This document shows, piece after piece, positions 26,043-36,570 of a DNA stretch of 64,000 nt (position 1 is the first letter of the stretch; every line of letters starts with the position of its first letter). The stretch is taken from assembly GCA_041649575.1 (NCBI GenBank), contig JBAZMW010000003.1:122102-186101 (forward strand). Reading direction: 5' to 3'. The position numbers were made by a program, and so were the translations under genes. The DNA comes from Patescibacteria group bacterium. Lineage in GTDB: Bacteria; Patescibacteriota; Patescibacteriia; 2-01-FULL-39-33. The notes beneath the pieces were generated by a model, which did no database searches, was not told the origin of the DNA, and worked only from the letters and a program-made list of their open reading frames with translations.

Positions 26043-28244
26043 ATGAAAAGCCTGGTAATCGTCGAATCGCCGACTAAAGCCAAAACCATTTCCAAATTTT
26101 TGACCAAAGACTTCCAAATAGAATCGTCTTTTGGCCATGTTCGTGATTTGCCGGAAAAAGAATTGGGGGTGGAAGTAAAAAATAATTTTGAACCTAAATA
26201 CGTGATTTCCCCGCGCGCCAAAAAAAGAGTGACCGAATTAAAAAATTTGGCGGAAAAAGCCGATTTGATTTATTTTGCTACTGACGAAGATCGCGAAGGC
26301 GAGGCCATTTCTTGGCATTTGGCGCAGATCTTTAAAACACCGACCGATCAGGTAAAACGCATCACCTTTCACGAAATTACCGAGGAAGCAGTCAAAGAAA
26401 GCCTGAAACATCCCCGAACCATCGACCTTAATCTGGTCGACGCTCAACAAGCCCGACGCGTCCTTGACCGCTTGGTAGGTTATGAGCTTTCGCCTTTCTT
26501 ATGGAAAAAAGTGGCCAAAGGGCTATCGGCCGGCCGCGTTCAGTCGGTAGCCGTCCGTCTGGTGGTAGAAAGAGAAAGAGAAATTAAAAACTTTAAAATT
26601 CAGGAATACTGGGAAATTTTTGGAGAATTTAAAACCCTTAAAGCGCCGGACAAACTAAAGGCTAAATTGCAAAAAATTGACGGCCGGGTGCTGGAAAAGA
26701 TGGCCATAACATCGGAAAAACAAGCCGCTGATTTGACCGCCGCCTTAAAGCCGCTCCAATACTACGTGGCCGATAATCAAAAAAAACAAACCAAAAAAAA
26801 TCCCCTGCCACCCTTTACCACCTCCACTTTGCAACAAGAGGCCAATCGTCGACTGGGCTACAGCGCCAAACAAACCATGATGCTGGCCCAACAGCTTTAC
26901 GAGGGAGTGGAAATAACTGGCGAAGCCACCGGACTAATAACCTACATGCGCACCGACTCACTTAACCTGTCGGAAAAATTTCTGCAGGAAGCGGCGCAAT
27001 ATCTTGATAAAAATTTAGGAAAAAATTACTTAGAAACCAAAACTTTCAAAACCAAAAGCAAAGGCGCTCAGGAAGCGCACGAGGCAATCCGGCCGACTTC
27101 CGCTTCTAGGTCGCCGGAAGAGATAAAAGCTTCTTTGGATCCAAAACAATTCAAGCTCTACCAGCTTATCTGGCAGAGAGCGCTGGCCAGCCAGATGCCG
27201 CCGGCGATTCTGGAGGCCACGGTCATCGACATCAACAGCCAGAATAATAAATATACTTTCAGGGCGACCGGCCAAACTATAAAATTTGATGGTTTTCTAA
27301 AAATTTATCCCTCGCCGACCAAAGACGAGCTGCTGCCAACCGTCTCTTTAAAGGAAGAGATGTCTTGCTTAAAAATAGAACCGGAACAAAAGTTCACCCA
27401 ACCGCCCGCCCGCTATAACGATGCTACGCTGGTTAAAGCGCTGGAAGAAAAAGGCATCGGCCGACCTTCTACCTATGCTCCAACCATCGCCACTATTATC
27501 GAAAGGGGCTACGTTGAAAGAAACCAAGACAAAAGATTACAACCTAAAGAAATCGCTTTTTTGGTTAATGATATTTTGGTAGAACACTTCAAAGACATCG
27601 TCGACTATGATTTCACGGCCAAAATGGAAACGGATCTGGACGAAATCGCTGAAGGCCAAAAAGAGTGGCAGCCGGTCATTAAAGAATTTTACGAACCCTT
27701 TAAGGAAAATCTGGTTTTAAAAAATCAAGAATTAACCAAAAAAGAATTAACCGAGGAAAGCAGCGACGAGATCTGCGAAAAATGCGGTTCGCCGATGGTG
27801 ATAAAATTGGGGCGTTATGGAAAATTTCTGGCCTGCTCCAATTACCCGAAATGCAAAAATACCAAAAAATTAAAGAGTGATGACAAGGCAGCCAAGTCCG
27901 AGCCACAAATCCTGGAAGAAACTTGCCTGGATTGCGGCGCTAAACTAGTCTTGCGCCAAGGACGCTATGGCAGCTTCAAAGGCTGCTCACAATATCCAAA
28001 ATGCAAATACATCAAAAAGGAGCAAGCCGAGGATTTAAATCTAACTTGCCCGGCTTGTCATGAAGGGAAAATCGTCGCCAAACGCAGCCGTAAGGGAGTT
28101 TTTTATGCCTGCGACCGCTATCCTGATTGCCAGACCGCCTTCTGGGGCAAACCTAAGGACGAGAAGTGCTCCAGCTGCGGTTGGCCGCTAGTGGACAGTA
28201 AGAATGGAGTTAAGTGTTCCAACAAAGAATGCCAGAACTCTTAA
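26043..28244 (+). CDS. topA: DNA topoisomerase I with C-terminal Zn-ribbon repeats
   Basis: Toprim start MKSLVIVESPTKAKTI, FGHVRDLP, catalytic region ITYMRTDS; three to four CxxC..CxxC zinc ribbons at the C-terminus. Confidence 0.9.
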   Translation: MKSLVIVESPTKAKTISKFLTKDFQIESSFGHVRDLPEKELGVEVKNNFEPKYVISPRAKKRVTELKNLAEKADLIYFATDEDREGEAISWHLAQIFKTPTDQVKRITFHEITEEAVKESLKHPRTIDLNLVDAQQARRVLDRLVGYELSPFLWKKVAKGLSAGRVQSVAVRLVVEREREIKNFKIQEYWEIFGEFKTLKAPDKLKAKLQKIDGRVLEKMAITSEKQAADLTAALKPLQYYVADNQKKQTKKNPLPPFTTSTLQQEANRRLGYSAKQTMMLAQQLYEGVEITGEATGLITYMRTDSLNLSEKFLQEAAQYLDKNLGKNYLETKTFKTKSKGAQEAHEAIRPTSASRSPEEIKASLDPKQFKLYQLIWQRALASQMPPAILEATVIDINSQNNKYTFRATGQTIKFDGFLKIYPSPTKDELLPTVSLKEEMSCLKIEPEQKFTQPPARYNDATLVKALEEKGIGRPSTYAPTIATIIERGYVERNQDKRLQPKEIAFLVNDILVEHFKDIVDYDFTAKMETDLDEIAEGQKEWQPVIKEFYEPFKENLVLKNQELTKKELTEESSDEICEKCGSPMVIKLGRYGKFLACSNYPKCKNTKKLKSDDKAAKSEPQILEETCLDCGAKLVLRQGRYGSFKGCSQYPKCKYIKKEQAEDLNLTCPACHEGKIVAKRSRKGVFYACDRYPDCQTAFWGKPKDEKCSSCGWPLVDSKNGVKCSNKECQNS

Positions 28245-28253
28245 GAAGCTTCT

Positions 28254-28281
28254 CCCCCTGCCGATTGGCAGGGGGTTTTTG
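28254..28281 (+). terminator. rho-independent terminator after topA
   Basis: CCCCCTGCC-GATT-GGCAGGGGG followed by TTTTT. Confidence 0.7.
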
Positions 28282-28295
28282 CTTAAAAAGAAGGT

Positions 28296-29789
28296 TTGAA
28301 TTATAATACAAAAACAGAAATTGTATTATTTATGAACCGGGCGGAAAACGAATTTAATCAGTGGCTAGAGACTTTACAAAAGAGCTATTCGCCAAGCGAA
28401 TTAGAATTATTAAGTTTGGCGTATGATTTTGCCCAAGAAGCTCACCGGGGGCAAAAACGCGCTTCCGGAGAAGATTATATTATTCATTGTCTAGCCACAG
28501 CGCAAAAATTAGCTGAAATGAATCTGGATTTGTCTACCATTATCGCCGGTCTGCTTCATGACATACCGGAGGATACCAAGCTGACTCTTCAAGATATCGA
28601 AAAAAATTTCGGAGCCGAGATTGCCAGACTGGTTGAAGGTATTACCAAGCTTGGCAAAATAAAATACCGCGGCCTGGAACGCTACGCGGAAAACCTGCGC
28701 AAAATGTTTGTAGCCATGAGCGATGATATTAGAGTAATCCTGATCAAATTCGCCGACAGATTGCATAATCTGAAAACTCTAGAAGCGCTGGCTCCAGAAA
28801 AACAGCTACGCATTGCCAAGGAAACCCTGGAAATCTACGCGCCGATTGCCGATCGATTGAGCATGGGAAAAATAAAAGGAGAACTGGAGGACTTGGCCTT
28901 TAAGTATGTGTACCCCGATGATTATAATTGGATCAGCCAGACTATCCCCAAAGAATACAAAACCAAAGAAACGCGTCTGCAAGAAGTCAAGGAACGGACG
29001 AGAAAGAAACTGGCGGAACACGAAATTATTTCTGCAGAAATATCAATACAAGGCCGCACCAAACACCTTTACAGCCTTTATCGCAAACTGCTTAAACCGC
29101 ATATCAACAAAGACCTGTCCAAAGTTTACGATTTACTGGCCTTGCGCATTATCGTGCCGACCATTTCCGATTGTTATTCGGCTCTAGGAATAGTCCATAG
29201 TCTTTACAGGCCGCTAGTTGGCAGGATAAAAGATTATATTGCCCAACCCAAGCCCAACGGCTACCGCTCACTACATACCACTGTCTTTACCGCCGATGGA
29301 GAAATTGTTGAGTTTCAAATTCGCACCAAGGAAATGCATGAAGAAGCGGAGTTTGGCGTGGCTGCCCATTGGCGCTATAAAGAAAATGGCGGTAAAATTA
29401 ATGTTCAAAACATCAAATGGCTGGAAGAGTTGATTAAGTGGCAAAAACAAATCAAAGACGACGAGCAATTTTTACAAACCGTTAAATTTGACATCTTTCA
29501 AAATCGCATTTTCGTCTTCACGCCCAAAGGCGATGTTATTGATTTACCCGAAGGGGCCACGCCAATTGATTTTGCCTATCACCTGCATTCTTGGCTAGGT
29601 AACAAATGCGTTGGCGCCAGAATTAACGATCAAATGGTCAACCTGGGAGCCACTTTAAAAAGCGGGGACATTGTAGAGATAATTACCGACAAAAATCGTA
29701 AAGGCCCCAGCCCGGATTGGCTGGAAACAGTGAAAACCTCCATGGCCAGAAATAAAATACGCTCAGCTTTGAATAAAATTAAAAACTAA
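28296..29789 (+). CDS. short RelA/SpoT homologue: HD hydrolase + (p)ppGpp synthetase + TGS domains (no ACT/RRM)
   Basis: HD motif LLHDIPED; synthetase region RIIVPT..GYRSLHTTV; TGS region FVFTPKGDVIDLPEGATPIDFAY. The protein ends about 40 aa after TGS. Confidence 0.8.
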   Translation: MNYNTKTEIVLFMNRAENEFNQWLETLQKSYSPSELELLSLAYDFAQEAHRGQKRASGEDYIIHCLATAQKLAEMNLDLSTIIAGLLHDIPEDTKLTLQDIEKNFGAEIARLVEGITKLGKIKYRGLERYAENLRKMFVAMSDDIRVILIKFADRLHNLKTLEALAPEKQLRIAKETLEIYAPIADRLSMGKIKGELEDLAFKYVYPDDYNWISQTIPKEYKTKETRLQEVKERTRKKLAEHEIISAEISIQGRTKHLYSLYRKLLKPHINKDLSKVYDLLALRIIVPTISDCYSALGIVHSLYRPLVGRIKDYIAQPKPNGYRSLHTTVFTADGEIVEFQIRTKEMHEEAEFGVAAHWRYKENGGKINVQNIKWLEELIKWQKQIKDDEQFLQTVKFDIFQNRIFVFTPKGDVIDLPEGATPIDFAYHLHSWLGNKCVGARINDQMVNLGATLKSGDIVEIITDKNRKGPSPDWLETVKTSMARNKIRSALNKIKN

Positions 29790-29790
29790 A

Positions 29791-29816
29791 AAGCCCGCTG
29801 TCGAGGCGGGCTTTTA
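29791..29816. terminator. bidirectional terminator between convergent rel-like and parB genes
   Basis: AAGCCCGC-TGTCGAG-GCGGGCTTTT hairpin with flanking A/T runs on both sides. Confidence 0.6.
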
Positions 29817-29825
29817 AAAAAGGAG

Positions 29826-30707
29826 TTAAATAATTTTTCCTAAAATATCGCTTAGTTCTTCCTCGGAAAAAAACCGAACTATAATCTGTCCCTGCCCGCC
29901 ATGTTTTTTTATTTCCACCTTAGTGCCCAGATACTGCTCCAGCGCTTCTTCCTGGGCCTTAAGCTCGGGATCAAAACTCACTCGGCGCAAATGCTTTTTT
30001 ATCACCACTTCTTTGGTGGCCTTTTCCGACTCGCGGACATTCCATTTATTGTTAAGAATCTGGTCCAAAATCCCCATCTGGTCTTCCGAGGGCAAGGCCA
30101 CCAAAGCACGAGCATGGCCGGCAGTGATTTTGCCACTGATAATCGCTTCCTTGACCTCGGTTCTGGCGCCTAAAATCCTCAAGGTGTTGGACACGGCTGG
30201 CCGGCTCTTGCCGACTCTTCTGGCCAATTGATGTTGGCTAAGATTAAATTGGTCGATTAATTTTTGGTAAGCTTTAGCCACCTCCAGAGCATTGAGATCC
30301 TCGCGCTGTAGGTTTTCGATTAATGCTAATTCCAATCTTTTTTGCTCACTTAAGTCGCGCACTATGGCTGGCACGGTTTCTAATCCCAATTTTTTGGCTG
30401 CCCGCCATCTTCTTTCGCCGGCTATTAATTGCCAGTGATCTTCACCGATTTTAGTGACAATTAGTGGCTGAATAATGCCATGCTCTTTTATTGACTGGCT
30501 TAATTCTTCCAGCGACTCTTCATTAAAACTATCACGCGGCTGATGTGGATTGGGCGAAATTTTGACAACCGGCAAAGCCAATACCTTTTCCGTTTCTTCC
30601 AAAACAGCGGCCACTCCCTGATAGCCAGCGGCTTCGTCTGAAATTTTATTTTTCTTGCTGGGGATCAGTGAACTTAGACCTCTGCCCAGCCCGGACGGCT
30701 TTTGCAT
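29826..30707 (-). CDS. parB: chromosome partitioning protein ParB (Spo0J)
   Basis: ParB box ..IAGERRWRAAKKLGLETVPAIVRD.. and an HTH region. Confidence 0.85.
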   Translation of the reverse strand: MQKPSGLGRGLSSLIPSKKNKISDEAAGYQGVAAVLEETEKVLALPVVKISPNPHQPRDSFNEESLEELSQSIKEHGIIQPLIVTKIGEDHWQLIAGERRWRAAKKLGLETVPAIVRDLSEQKRLELALIENLQREDLNALEVAKAYQKLIDQFNLSQHQLARRVGKSRPAVSNTLRILGARTEVKEAIISGKITAGHARALVALPSEDQMGILDQILNNKWNVRESEKATKEVVIKKHLRRVSFDPELKAQEEALEQYLGTKVEIKKHGGQGQIIVRFFSEEELSDILGKII

Positions 30708-30725
30708 AAATGATTTAAAAAATAA

Positions 30726-31493
30726 TTAATAAGAACTGGTGTAATCCAAAAACTCCCTGGCCAGACGTTCATAGGATTTACCGCCCTTAGACTTGGGATC
30801 ATAGCCCAAAATAGTTTGGCCGTAACTCGGCGCTTCAGACAGACGAATACTCCTGGGAATAACCGAGCGAAAAATCTTGCCGGGAAAATGGCGATATAAT
30901 TCGGTCAGGATATCGTTGGACAATTTAAAGCGTTTGTCATACATGGTCAAAACTGCGCCCAGAATTCCCAACTCCGGCTTGATGTTCTCTCTAATTAAAT
31001 CGATGGTTGACATTAGTTGCCCCAGGCCTTCCAAAGAGAAATATTCTGCCTGGACCGGAATTAGAACCTGGTCACAAGCCACCAAACCGTTAATAGTTAA
31101 CAGCCCTAAAGACGGCGGGCAATCGATAAGAATATAATCAAAATCATTTCTGACTTCTAGTAAATTGTCATGCAGACGAAACTCCCGCCTTTCCAAATTT
31201 ACTAATTCCACATTAGCCCCAGCCAAGGAGATGGTTGAAGGGGCAAGTTTATAAAACTCATGCTGGGTATCGACTAAAATATCACGAAAAGAATAGGGGC
31301 CAGTCAAGACTTCGTAAACACCCTTATCCAAGTTACGCGAGACACCCAAATTGGAAGTGGCATTGCTCTGCGGATCCAAATCCACCACTAAAACAAATTT
31401 TCCTAATCTGCTTAAATAGGCGGCGAGATTAACGGAGGTGGTGGTCTTGCCTACCCCACCTTTTTGATTGACGACCGAAATAATTTGTCCCAT
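30726..31493 (-). CDS. parA: chromosome partitioning ATPase ParA (Soj)
   Basis: Deviant Walker A VVNQKGGVGKTTTSVNLA; typical ParA length of 255 aa. Confidence 0.9.
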   Translation of the reverse strand: MGQIISVVNQKGGVGKTTTSVNLAAYLSRLGKFVLVVDLDPQSNATSNLGVSRNLDKGVYEVLTGPYSFRDILVDTQHEFYKLAPSTISLAGANVELVNLERREFRLHDNLLEVRNDFDYILIDCPPSLGLLTINGLVACDQVLIPVQAEYFSLEGLGQLMSTIDLIRENIKPELGILGAVLTMYDKRFKLSNDILTELYRHFPGKIFRSVIPRSIRLSEAPSYGQTILGYDPKSKGGKSYERLAREFLDYTSSY

Positions 31494-31606
31494 ATTAAAT
31501 ATATTATACTAAAAATCCCGCTACTAAACAAATAAATTGAGTAAAAAATCCAACAAATATTGCTAAAAAAATAATTATGTGTTAAAATGAGATGGTTAAT
31601 AAATGA

Positions 31607-31680
31607 CGCGGGGTAGAGCAGTCTGGCAGCTCGTCGGGCCCATAACCCGAAGGTCGCTGGTTCAAATCCAGCCCCCGCAA
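31607..31680 (+). tRNA. initiator tRNA-fMet (CAU)
   Basis: Nearly identical to the E. coli tRNA-fMet core. C1xA72 is unpaired; three G-C pairs close the anticodon stem (TCGGG/CCCGA); anticodon loop CCCAUAA, with C at position 33; T-loop TTCAAAT. The 3' CCA is not encoded. Confidence 0.85.
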
Positions 31681-31774
31681 CAAGAAATAGCATATAGCTT
31701 ATAATTTATAGCATATAACTTACGGCGCTCCTGATTTAATATATGCCTTAAGTTAAAAAGCTATATGCCATCTT

Positions 31775-31846
<72 letters not shown>

Positions 31847-31859
31847 CTACTTGCTACCT

Positions 31860-31943
31860 GCCGAAGTGGCGGAATTGGTAGACGCGCACGACTCAAAATC
31901 GTGTGGTCGTAAGACCATGAGGGTTCGATTCCCTCCTTCGGCA
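31860..31943 (+). tRNA. tRNA-Leu (CAA), type II long variable arm
   Basis: Acceptor GCCGAAG/CTTCGGC, anticodon loop CTCAAAA, long variable arm GGTCGTAAGACC, T-loop TTCGATT, discriminator A; CCA not encoded. Confidence 0.85.
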
Positions 31944-31981
31944 AAATCGGTTAAACTTTTCATCTTAAATTATTTTTACAC

Positions 31982-32473
31982 ATGTTTATTACCGTTCATG
32001 CGGCAGCAGCTGCCATCTTGGGCCGTCAAGCGGCAAATCCGGTTATCGCCTTTATTTTGGGACTAATTTCCCATTTTGTTTTGGATGCGATTCCTCACGG
32101 CGATGAGCATTTGGGTAAAAAATTCCTGGGTTTTGGCATTAAAGAAAAAGAGGATTTCCGCATCATGGCCCTTTATGGTAGTATTGATAGTTTTTTCTTG
32201 GCGGTGTTTTTGATTTTTTTATTCAAAAATTTTGAATTTAACAATAACGGCGACAATATCGCCTGGGCCATAGTCGGTGGCATTCTGCCAGATATTCTAG
32301 TGGCGATTTATAAGTTAAAAAACTTTAAACTGCTTAGATGGTTCTCTAACCTACACATGAGAAATCATCGGTTGATAATTAAAGAAACTGCCGCCGACAT
32401 TCCTTTGAAATATGGAGTTTTAATGCAAGTGTGTTTTTTAATCGCCCTGATCTGGTTAATTTACTTCATCTAA
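31982..32473 (+). CDS. small integral membrane protein with His-rich motif (possible membrane-bound metal-dependent hydrolase family)
   Basis: 163 aa with several hydrophobic helices; HFVLDAIPHGDEH motif. Family assignment is by weak resemblance only. Confidence 0.45.
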   Translation: MFITVHAAAAAILGRQAANPVIAFILGLISHFVLDAIPHGDEHLGKKFLGFGIKEKEDFRIMALYGSIDSFFLAVFLIFLFKNFEFNNNGDNIAWAIVGGILPDILVAIYKLKNFKLLRWFSNLHMRNHRLIIKETAADIPLKYGVLMQVCFLIALIWLIYFI

Positions 32474-32485
32474 ATATCTTAAATA

Positions 32486-32516
32486 AAACCCTCCCGACAC
32501 GTCGGGAGGGTTTTAT
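32486..32516 (+). terminator. rho-independent terminator (CCCTCCCG..CGGGAGGG family)
   Basis: AAAACCCTCCCGAC-AC-GTCGGGAGGGTTTTATTT. Confidence 0.7.
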
Positions 32517-32544
32517 TTCTTTTATACCACCAGGCTGACCACCG

Positions 32545-33858
32545 CTAAGAGACGGAGTTGGACTTATTGGCTTTGGCGGCCACCGCCTCATAAACAGCCA
32601 GAGTTTCCTCTGCACACTTCTTCCAGTTGAATTCTTTGGCTCGCTCTTGGCCGTTAACGGCCAAGGATTCTCTAAGACCACTGTCGGTAAAAATTTGCTG
32701 CAGAGCATCGGCGATTTCTGATTCTTTATTCGGATTGACCAATAATGCATTATCTTCGCCGGCCACTTCAGGCAAGGAACTAACATTAGAAGTGATTACC
32801 GGCACGCCCAGCGACATCGCCTCCAGGATCGGCAGGCCAAAGCCCTCATAAAGACTGGGGAAAACAAAACAGGTTGCGTGTTTTAAAATTAAAATCTTTT
32901 CGCAATAAGAAATATAACCTAAGTGTTTGATTGGCTGGCCAAAACGACGGTCGAAATCATGACGCCGTTCGCCTTGTTTGCCTTTCTTGGCCTCACTTCT
33001 AATGTCAAAACCGCTTCGTCTTTCTTTGCCGCTCCGACGTTTTTTTTGTCCTATAATACTGGCATTGGCATCAGCTATCGCTTCAAAAATTCCCTCATTG
33101 CTCCAACCGGAAGCGCCAGCGATAATCAACTGACAATCTTTGATCGGTGAATCATAAACCAGTTTTAAGTTACGGAAAGCCTTCACCAGGTTAATCAGAT
33201 TTTTGCGCGGCTCAATGGTGCCAACAAACAAAACGTAATTATCGGTTAGCCCGTATTTTTTCTTGAGATTTTTAAACTCACCGTCACCAGGGCAATCCTT
33301 ACTGTCAATTGTCACTCCATTATAAACCACCTCTATCTTATTTTCTTCGATACCGAATTCCTCTATAATATCTCTTTTGGTATTCTTGGAAATAGCGATA
33401 ATCTTTTCGGCCCTGGTTAATGAGCTGGGCACTAAAACTTTTGTGGCAAAAGTCTGCCGATTGAGAAAAGTGGAAGGGAAAAATCTGGGATATTTATAAA
33501 TAGCCAAATCATGAACCGTGACCACTGAAGGACGCTTGTAAAGTAGTGGGGTGGTATTGGCCGGCGAATGGAAAACATCCAGTCTTTCACGACTCAAAAA
33601 GGCGCTGATGAGCATTTGAGAATAGGCCAGCGGTAAATATTTTTTGTATTGATAGAAAGGGAAAAATCTTATTTCGACGTTTTTGTAATTTTTAAACTCA
33701 TTAACACCCCTGAAGCGCTTGTCAAAAAATAAAACAAAAACATGATCCTGACCGAGATCAATCAGATTTTTTACCAGGAAGTGAGTGTAGTGGCCGACAC
33801 CGGCCGCTTCTCCCGCTCCAGGACTTAGGATTGTCCGACAATCGATGCCGATGCGCAT
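32545..33858 (-). CDS. GT4-family (group 1) glycosyltransferase
   Basis: C-terminal GT-B signature ..FVFPSLYEGFGLPILEAMSLGVPVITSNVSSLPEV..; carries an unusual basic insertion (RRSGKERRSGFDIRSEAKKGKQGERRHDFDRR). Confidence 0.8.
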   Translation of the reverse strand: MRIGIDCRTILSPGAGEAAGVGHYTHFLVKNLIDLGQDHVFVLFFDKRFRGVNEFKNYKNVEIRFFPFYQYKKYLPLAYSQMLISAFLSRERLDVFHSPANTTPLLYKRPSVVTVHDLAIYKYPRFFPSTFLNRQTFATKVLVPSSLTRAEKIIAISKNTKRDIIEEFGIEENKIEVVYNGVTIDSKDCPGDGEFKNLKKKYGLTDNYVLFVGTIEPRKNLINLVKAFRNLKLVYDSPIKDCQLIIAGASGWSNEGIFEAIADANASIIGQKKRRSGKERRSGFDIRSEAKKGKQGERRHDFDRRFGQPIKHLGYISYCEKILILKHATCFVFPSLYEGFGLPILEAMSLGVPVITSNVSSLPEVAGEDNALLVNPNKESEIADALQQIFTDSGLRESLAVNGQERAKEFNWKKCAEETLAVYEAVAAKANKSNSVS

Positions 33859-33863
33859 AAAGC

Positions 33864-35126
33864 TTAGAAAGAATTGATAATACTCTTAAAATTTTTGTCT
33901 TGTTTGAAGGGTCCGATGACAGCCAAATTAATTTTTTTAAAATCAATTATCTCCTTGGCGGTTTTCTTTATTTGTTCCAAAGAAACCTGACGAAATTTGG
34001 CGATTTTTTCTTCCGGCGCAAGTAGTTTGCCGGTCATCAGTTCCTGTTGGCCAAACCATTGGGCTAAAGGCAACGGATCTTCCAGCTCCAATAGAATTTT
34101 ACCGGCTAAATATTCTTTGGCCCGATTCAACTCTTCTGCTTTGATGTCTTTTTTTATTTTTTTTAGCTCTGTTAAAATCAATCTTAAAGCCTGCTCTATT
34201 CTTATTTTATCCAAGCCGGCTTGAATGATCAGAGAGCCGGTATCCTGATAAAAATTAGGCCAAGCACGAACAAAATAGGCCAACCCCTGTCGCTCCCGAA
34301 CTTGCAAAAACAAACGAGAGCTCATATTGCCGCCCAAAATTACCGACAACAGCTGCAAGGCATAGATTGAACGATGGAAATAAGAATAAGCGGGAAAAGC
34401 CAAGGCCAGTTGAACTTGCTCGGTTTCTTTGAAATAAACCTTCAATCGTGACTGTTTTTGCCCTGAGTTGAAGGGTAAAAACTTTTTTGCCACCTTAGCG
34501 GCAGAAAAATTAATTTTTTTCTCTATTTCTTTAAGGTGCCGTTGGGAAAAACAACCAGCCAAAGCTATGACCATGTTTTGACCGCAATAGAGCTGATGAT
34601 AATAATCAGTGATTCTGGAGGGGGTAATTTTTTTGATAATTTCCTTGGTGCCAGCTACTGAATAACCCAGAGGGTTACCAGAAAACACCAAACCTTCTAC
34701 CAACTCTTCGACATACAACAGGGGGTTGTCTTGATACATGTTGATTTCTTCCATGATCACCTGTTTTTCCCGCTCGATTTCTGAATGGTCAAAGAGTGAG
34801 TTAAGCAACATGTCGGAGAGAATCTCGATCGCCAAGGACAAATGCCGACCATCGGCTTTGATATAATAGCCTGTATAATCCTTACCGGTAAAAGCGTTAT
34901 ATTCAGCGCCCACGCCGTCTAATTCTTTGGCTAATAATAGCGTTTGCGGTCTTTTTTTGGTGCCTTTAAACATCAGGTGCTCGACAAAATGAGAAACGCC
35001 GTTATTGGCTTTGTTTTCATAACGAGAGCCAGCACCAATCATCACCAATAGAGCGGCAGTCTTGGCCTGAGGCAGAGGCAAAGCAATCAAGCGGGCTTTA
35101 TTTTTTAAAACCGTCTTCAAAAACAT
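33864..35126 (-). CDS. M16-family (insulinase/pitrilysin-like) zinc peptidase
   Basis: Inverted zinc motif HFVEHLMFKGT (HxxEH) near the N-terminus; about 420 aa, two-domain size. Confidence 0.8.
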   Translation of the reverse strand: MFLKTVLKNKARLIALPLPQAKTAALLVMIGAGSRYENKANNGVSHFVEHLMFKGTKKRPQTLLLAKELDGVGAEYNAFTGKDYTGYYIKADGRHLSLAIEILSDMLLNSLFDHSEIEREKQVIMEEINMYQDNPLLYVEELVEGLVFSGNPLGYSVAGTKEIIKKITPSRITDYYHQLYCGQNMVIALAGCFSQRHLKEIEKKINFSAAKVAKKFLPFNSGQKQSRLKVYFKETEQVQLALAFPAYSYFHRSIYALQLLSVILGGNMSSRLFLQVRERQGLAYFVRAWPNFYQDTGSLIIQAGLDKIRIEQALRLILTELKKIKKDIKAEELNRAKEYLAGKILLELEDPLPLAQWFGQQELMTGKLLAPEEKIAKFRQVSLEQIKKTAKEIIDFKKINLAVIGPFKQDKNFKSIINSF

Positions 35127-35128
35127 AG

Positions 35129-36505
35129 CTACTTTTCTAAATTTTTTCTAAGGTAGTCAACCAAATCCTTTTCGGATACTCTAGTCTGCTCCATGCTATC
35201 GCGGTCGCGGACAGTGACTGTCCCCTTTTCCAACGTGTCAAAATCAACAGTGATGCAATAGGGTGTACCAATTTCATCTTGATAACGATAACGTTTACCG
35301 ATATTGCCGCGATCATCAAAAAAAACATAAAAATTATTTTTCAACTTTTCATAAATCTCCCGCGCTTTTTTAACTAAATCCGGTTTGTTTTTCAGTAGTG
35401 GGAAAACCGCTGCTTTGTAAGGCGCCAGGGCCGGCTTAAACTTCAAAACCACGCGAGTCTCGCCACCGGCCAATTTTTCTTCTTGGTAAGCTTCGCCTAA
35501 AACGGCCAGCACTGTACGATCGACCCCAAAAGTAGGTTCGATTACATGGGCCAAATATTTCCGGCCCTCCTCTTCGGAAAAATATTCCAAATTCTCGCCG
35601 GAATATCCCTGATGCCGAGACAGGTCATAATCGGTGCGGTAGGCAATCGCCCACAACTCGTCCTGACCAAAAGGAAAGTCGTACTCTAAATCTATGGTGC
35701 GCTTGGAATAGAAAGCCCTCTCCTCGGCGGGAATTTCATGATTAAACATTTTTTTCTTATCCAGACCTATTTCTGCCATAAAACCGTACATCGACTGCAA
35801 CCATTCCTCAAAAATATTATTCCAAGCGCTAAAAGGAGAAATAAAATATTCAATTTCCATCTGTTCAAACTCAAAAGTACGAAAGATGAAATTGCCAGTG
35901 GTAATTTCGTTTCTAAAAGCCTTGCCGATCTGACCGATACCGAAGGGAATTTTTTTGTTGGTTGAGTTTAAAACGTTTTTATAATCGGCAAAAATAGCTT
36001 GAGCCGTCTCGGGACGAAGATAGACCGTCAACCCCTCTTCTTCTACGGCGCCAATGGTGGTTTTAAACAAACCACTAAATCTCTTTTCCGCCGTAAATTG
36101 TCCGCCGCAATTAGGGCACTTGGTGGCGTTGTCTAACTTATCGGGACGAAAACGCTGATGACACTTTTTGCACTCTACCAGAGGATCGGTGAAGTTGGCC
36201 ACATGACCAGAGGCCTCCCAGACTTTTGGACTCAAGATGATACCGCCGTCGATTCCCGTCATATCTTCACGATCCTGAATAAAATACTTCCACCAGGACT
36301 TTTTGATGTTATTTTTCAATTCGACTCCCAAGGGGCCGTAATCGTAAGCACTGGCCAGACCGCCGTAAATTTCGGAGTTAGGAAAAACAAAACCACGCCT
36401 TTTGCATAAAGCGACAATCTTATCCATTAAATCATTTTTATTTTTGGCCATAGAATTTAAAATTAATTGAAGTTTTTTATTCAAACCACTTGGCCTGCCG
36501 CTCAT
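35129..36505 (-). CDS. glyQS: glycyl-tRNA synthetase (dimeric class II, GlyQS type)
   Basis: ..CKRRGFVFPNSEIYGGLASAYDYGPLGVELKNNIK.. and a C-terminal anticodon-binding domain. The true start is possibly the internal M (MAKNKND, around 36451). Confidence 0.85.
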   Translation of the reverse strand: MSGRPSGLNKKLQLILNSMAKNKNDLMDKIVALCKRRGFVFPNSEIYGGLASAYDYGPLGVELKNNIKKSWWKYFIQDREDMTGIDGGIILSPKVWEASGHVANFTDPLVECKKCHQRFRPDKLDNATKCPNCGGQFTAEKRFSGLFKTTIGAVEEEGLTVYLRPETAQAIFADYKNVLNSTNKKIPFGIGQIGKAFRNEITTGNFIFRTFEFEQMEIEYFISPFSAWNNIFEEWLQSMYGFMAEIGLDKKKMFNHEIPAEERAFYSKRTIDLEYDFPFGQDELWAIAYRTDYDLSRHQGYSGENLEYFSEEEGRKYLAHVIEPTFGVDRTVLAVLGEAYQEEKLAGGETRVVLKFKPALAPYKAAVFPLLKNKPDLVKKAREIYEKLKNNFYVFFDDRGNIGKRYRYQDEIGTPYCITVDFDTLEKGTVTVRDRDSMEQTRVSEKDLVDYLRKNLEK

Positions 36506-36570
36506 TGGCAGAATAAAGGAAATTGTTGTTTGATTTTAACTTAAAAAACAATTTCTGGCAACTCCGGCCT

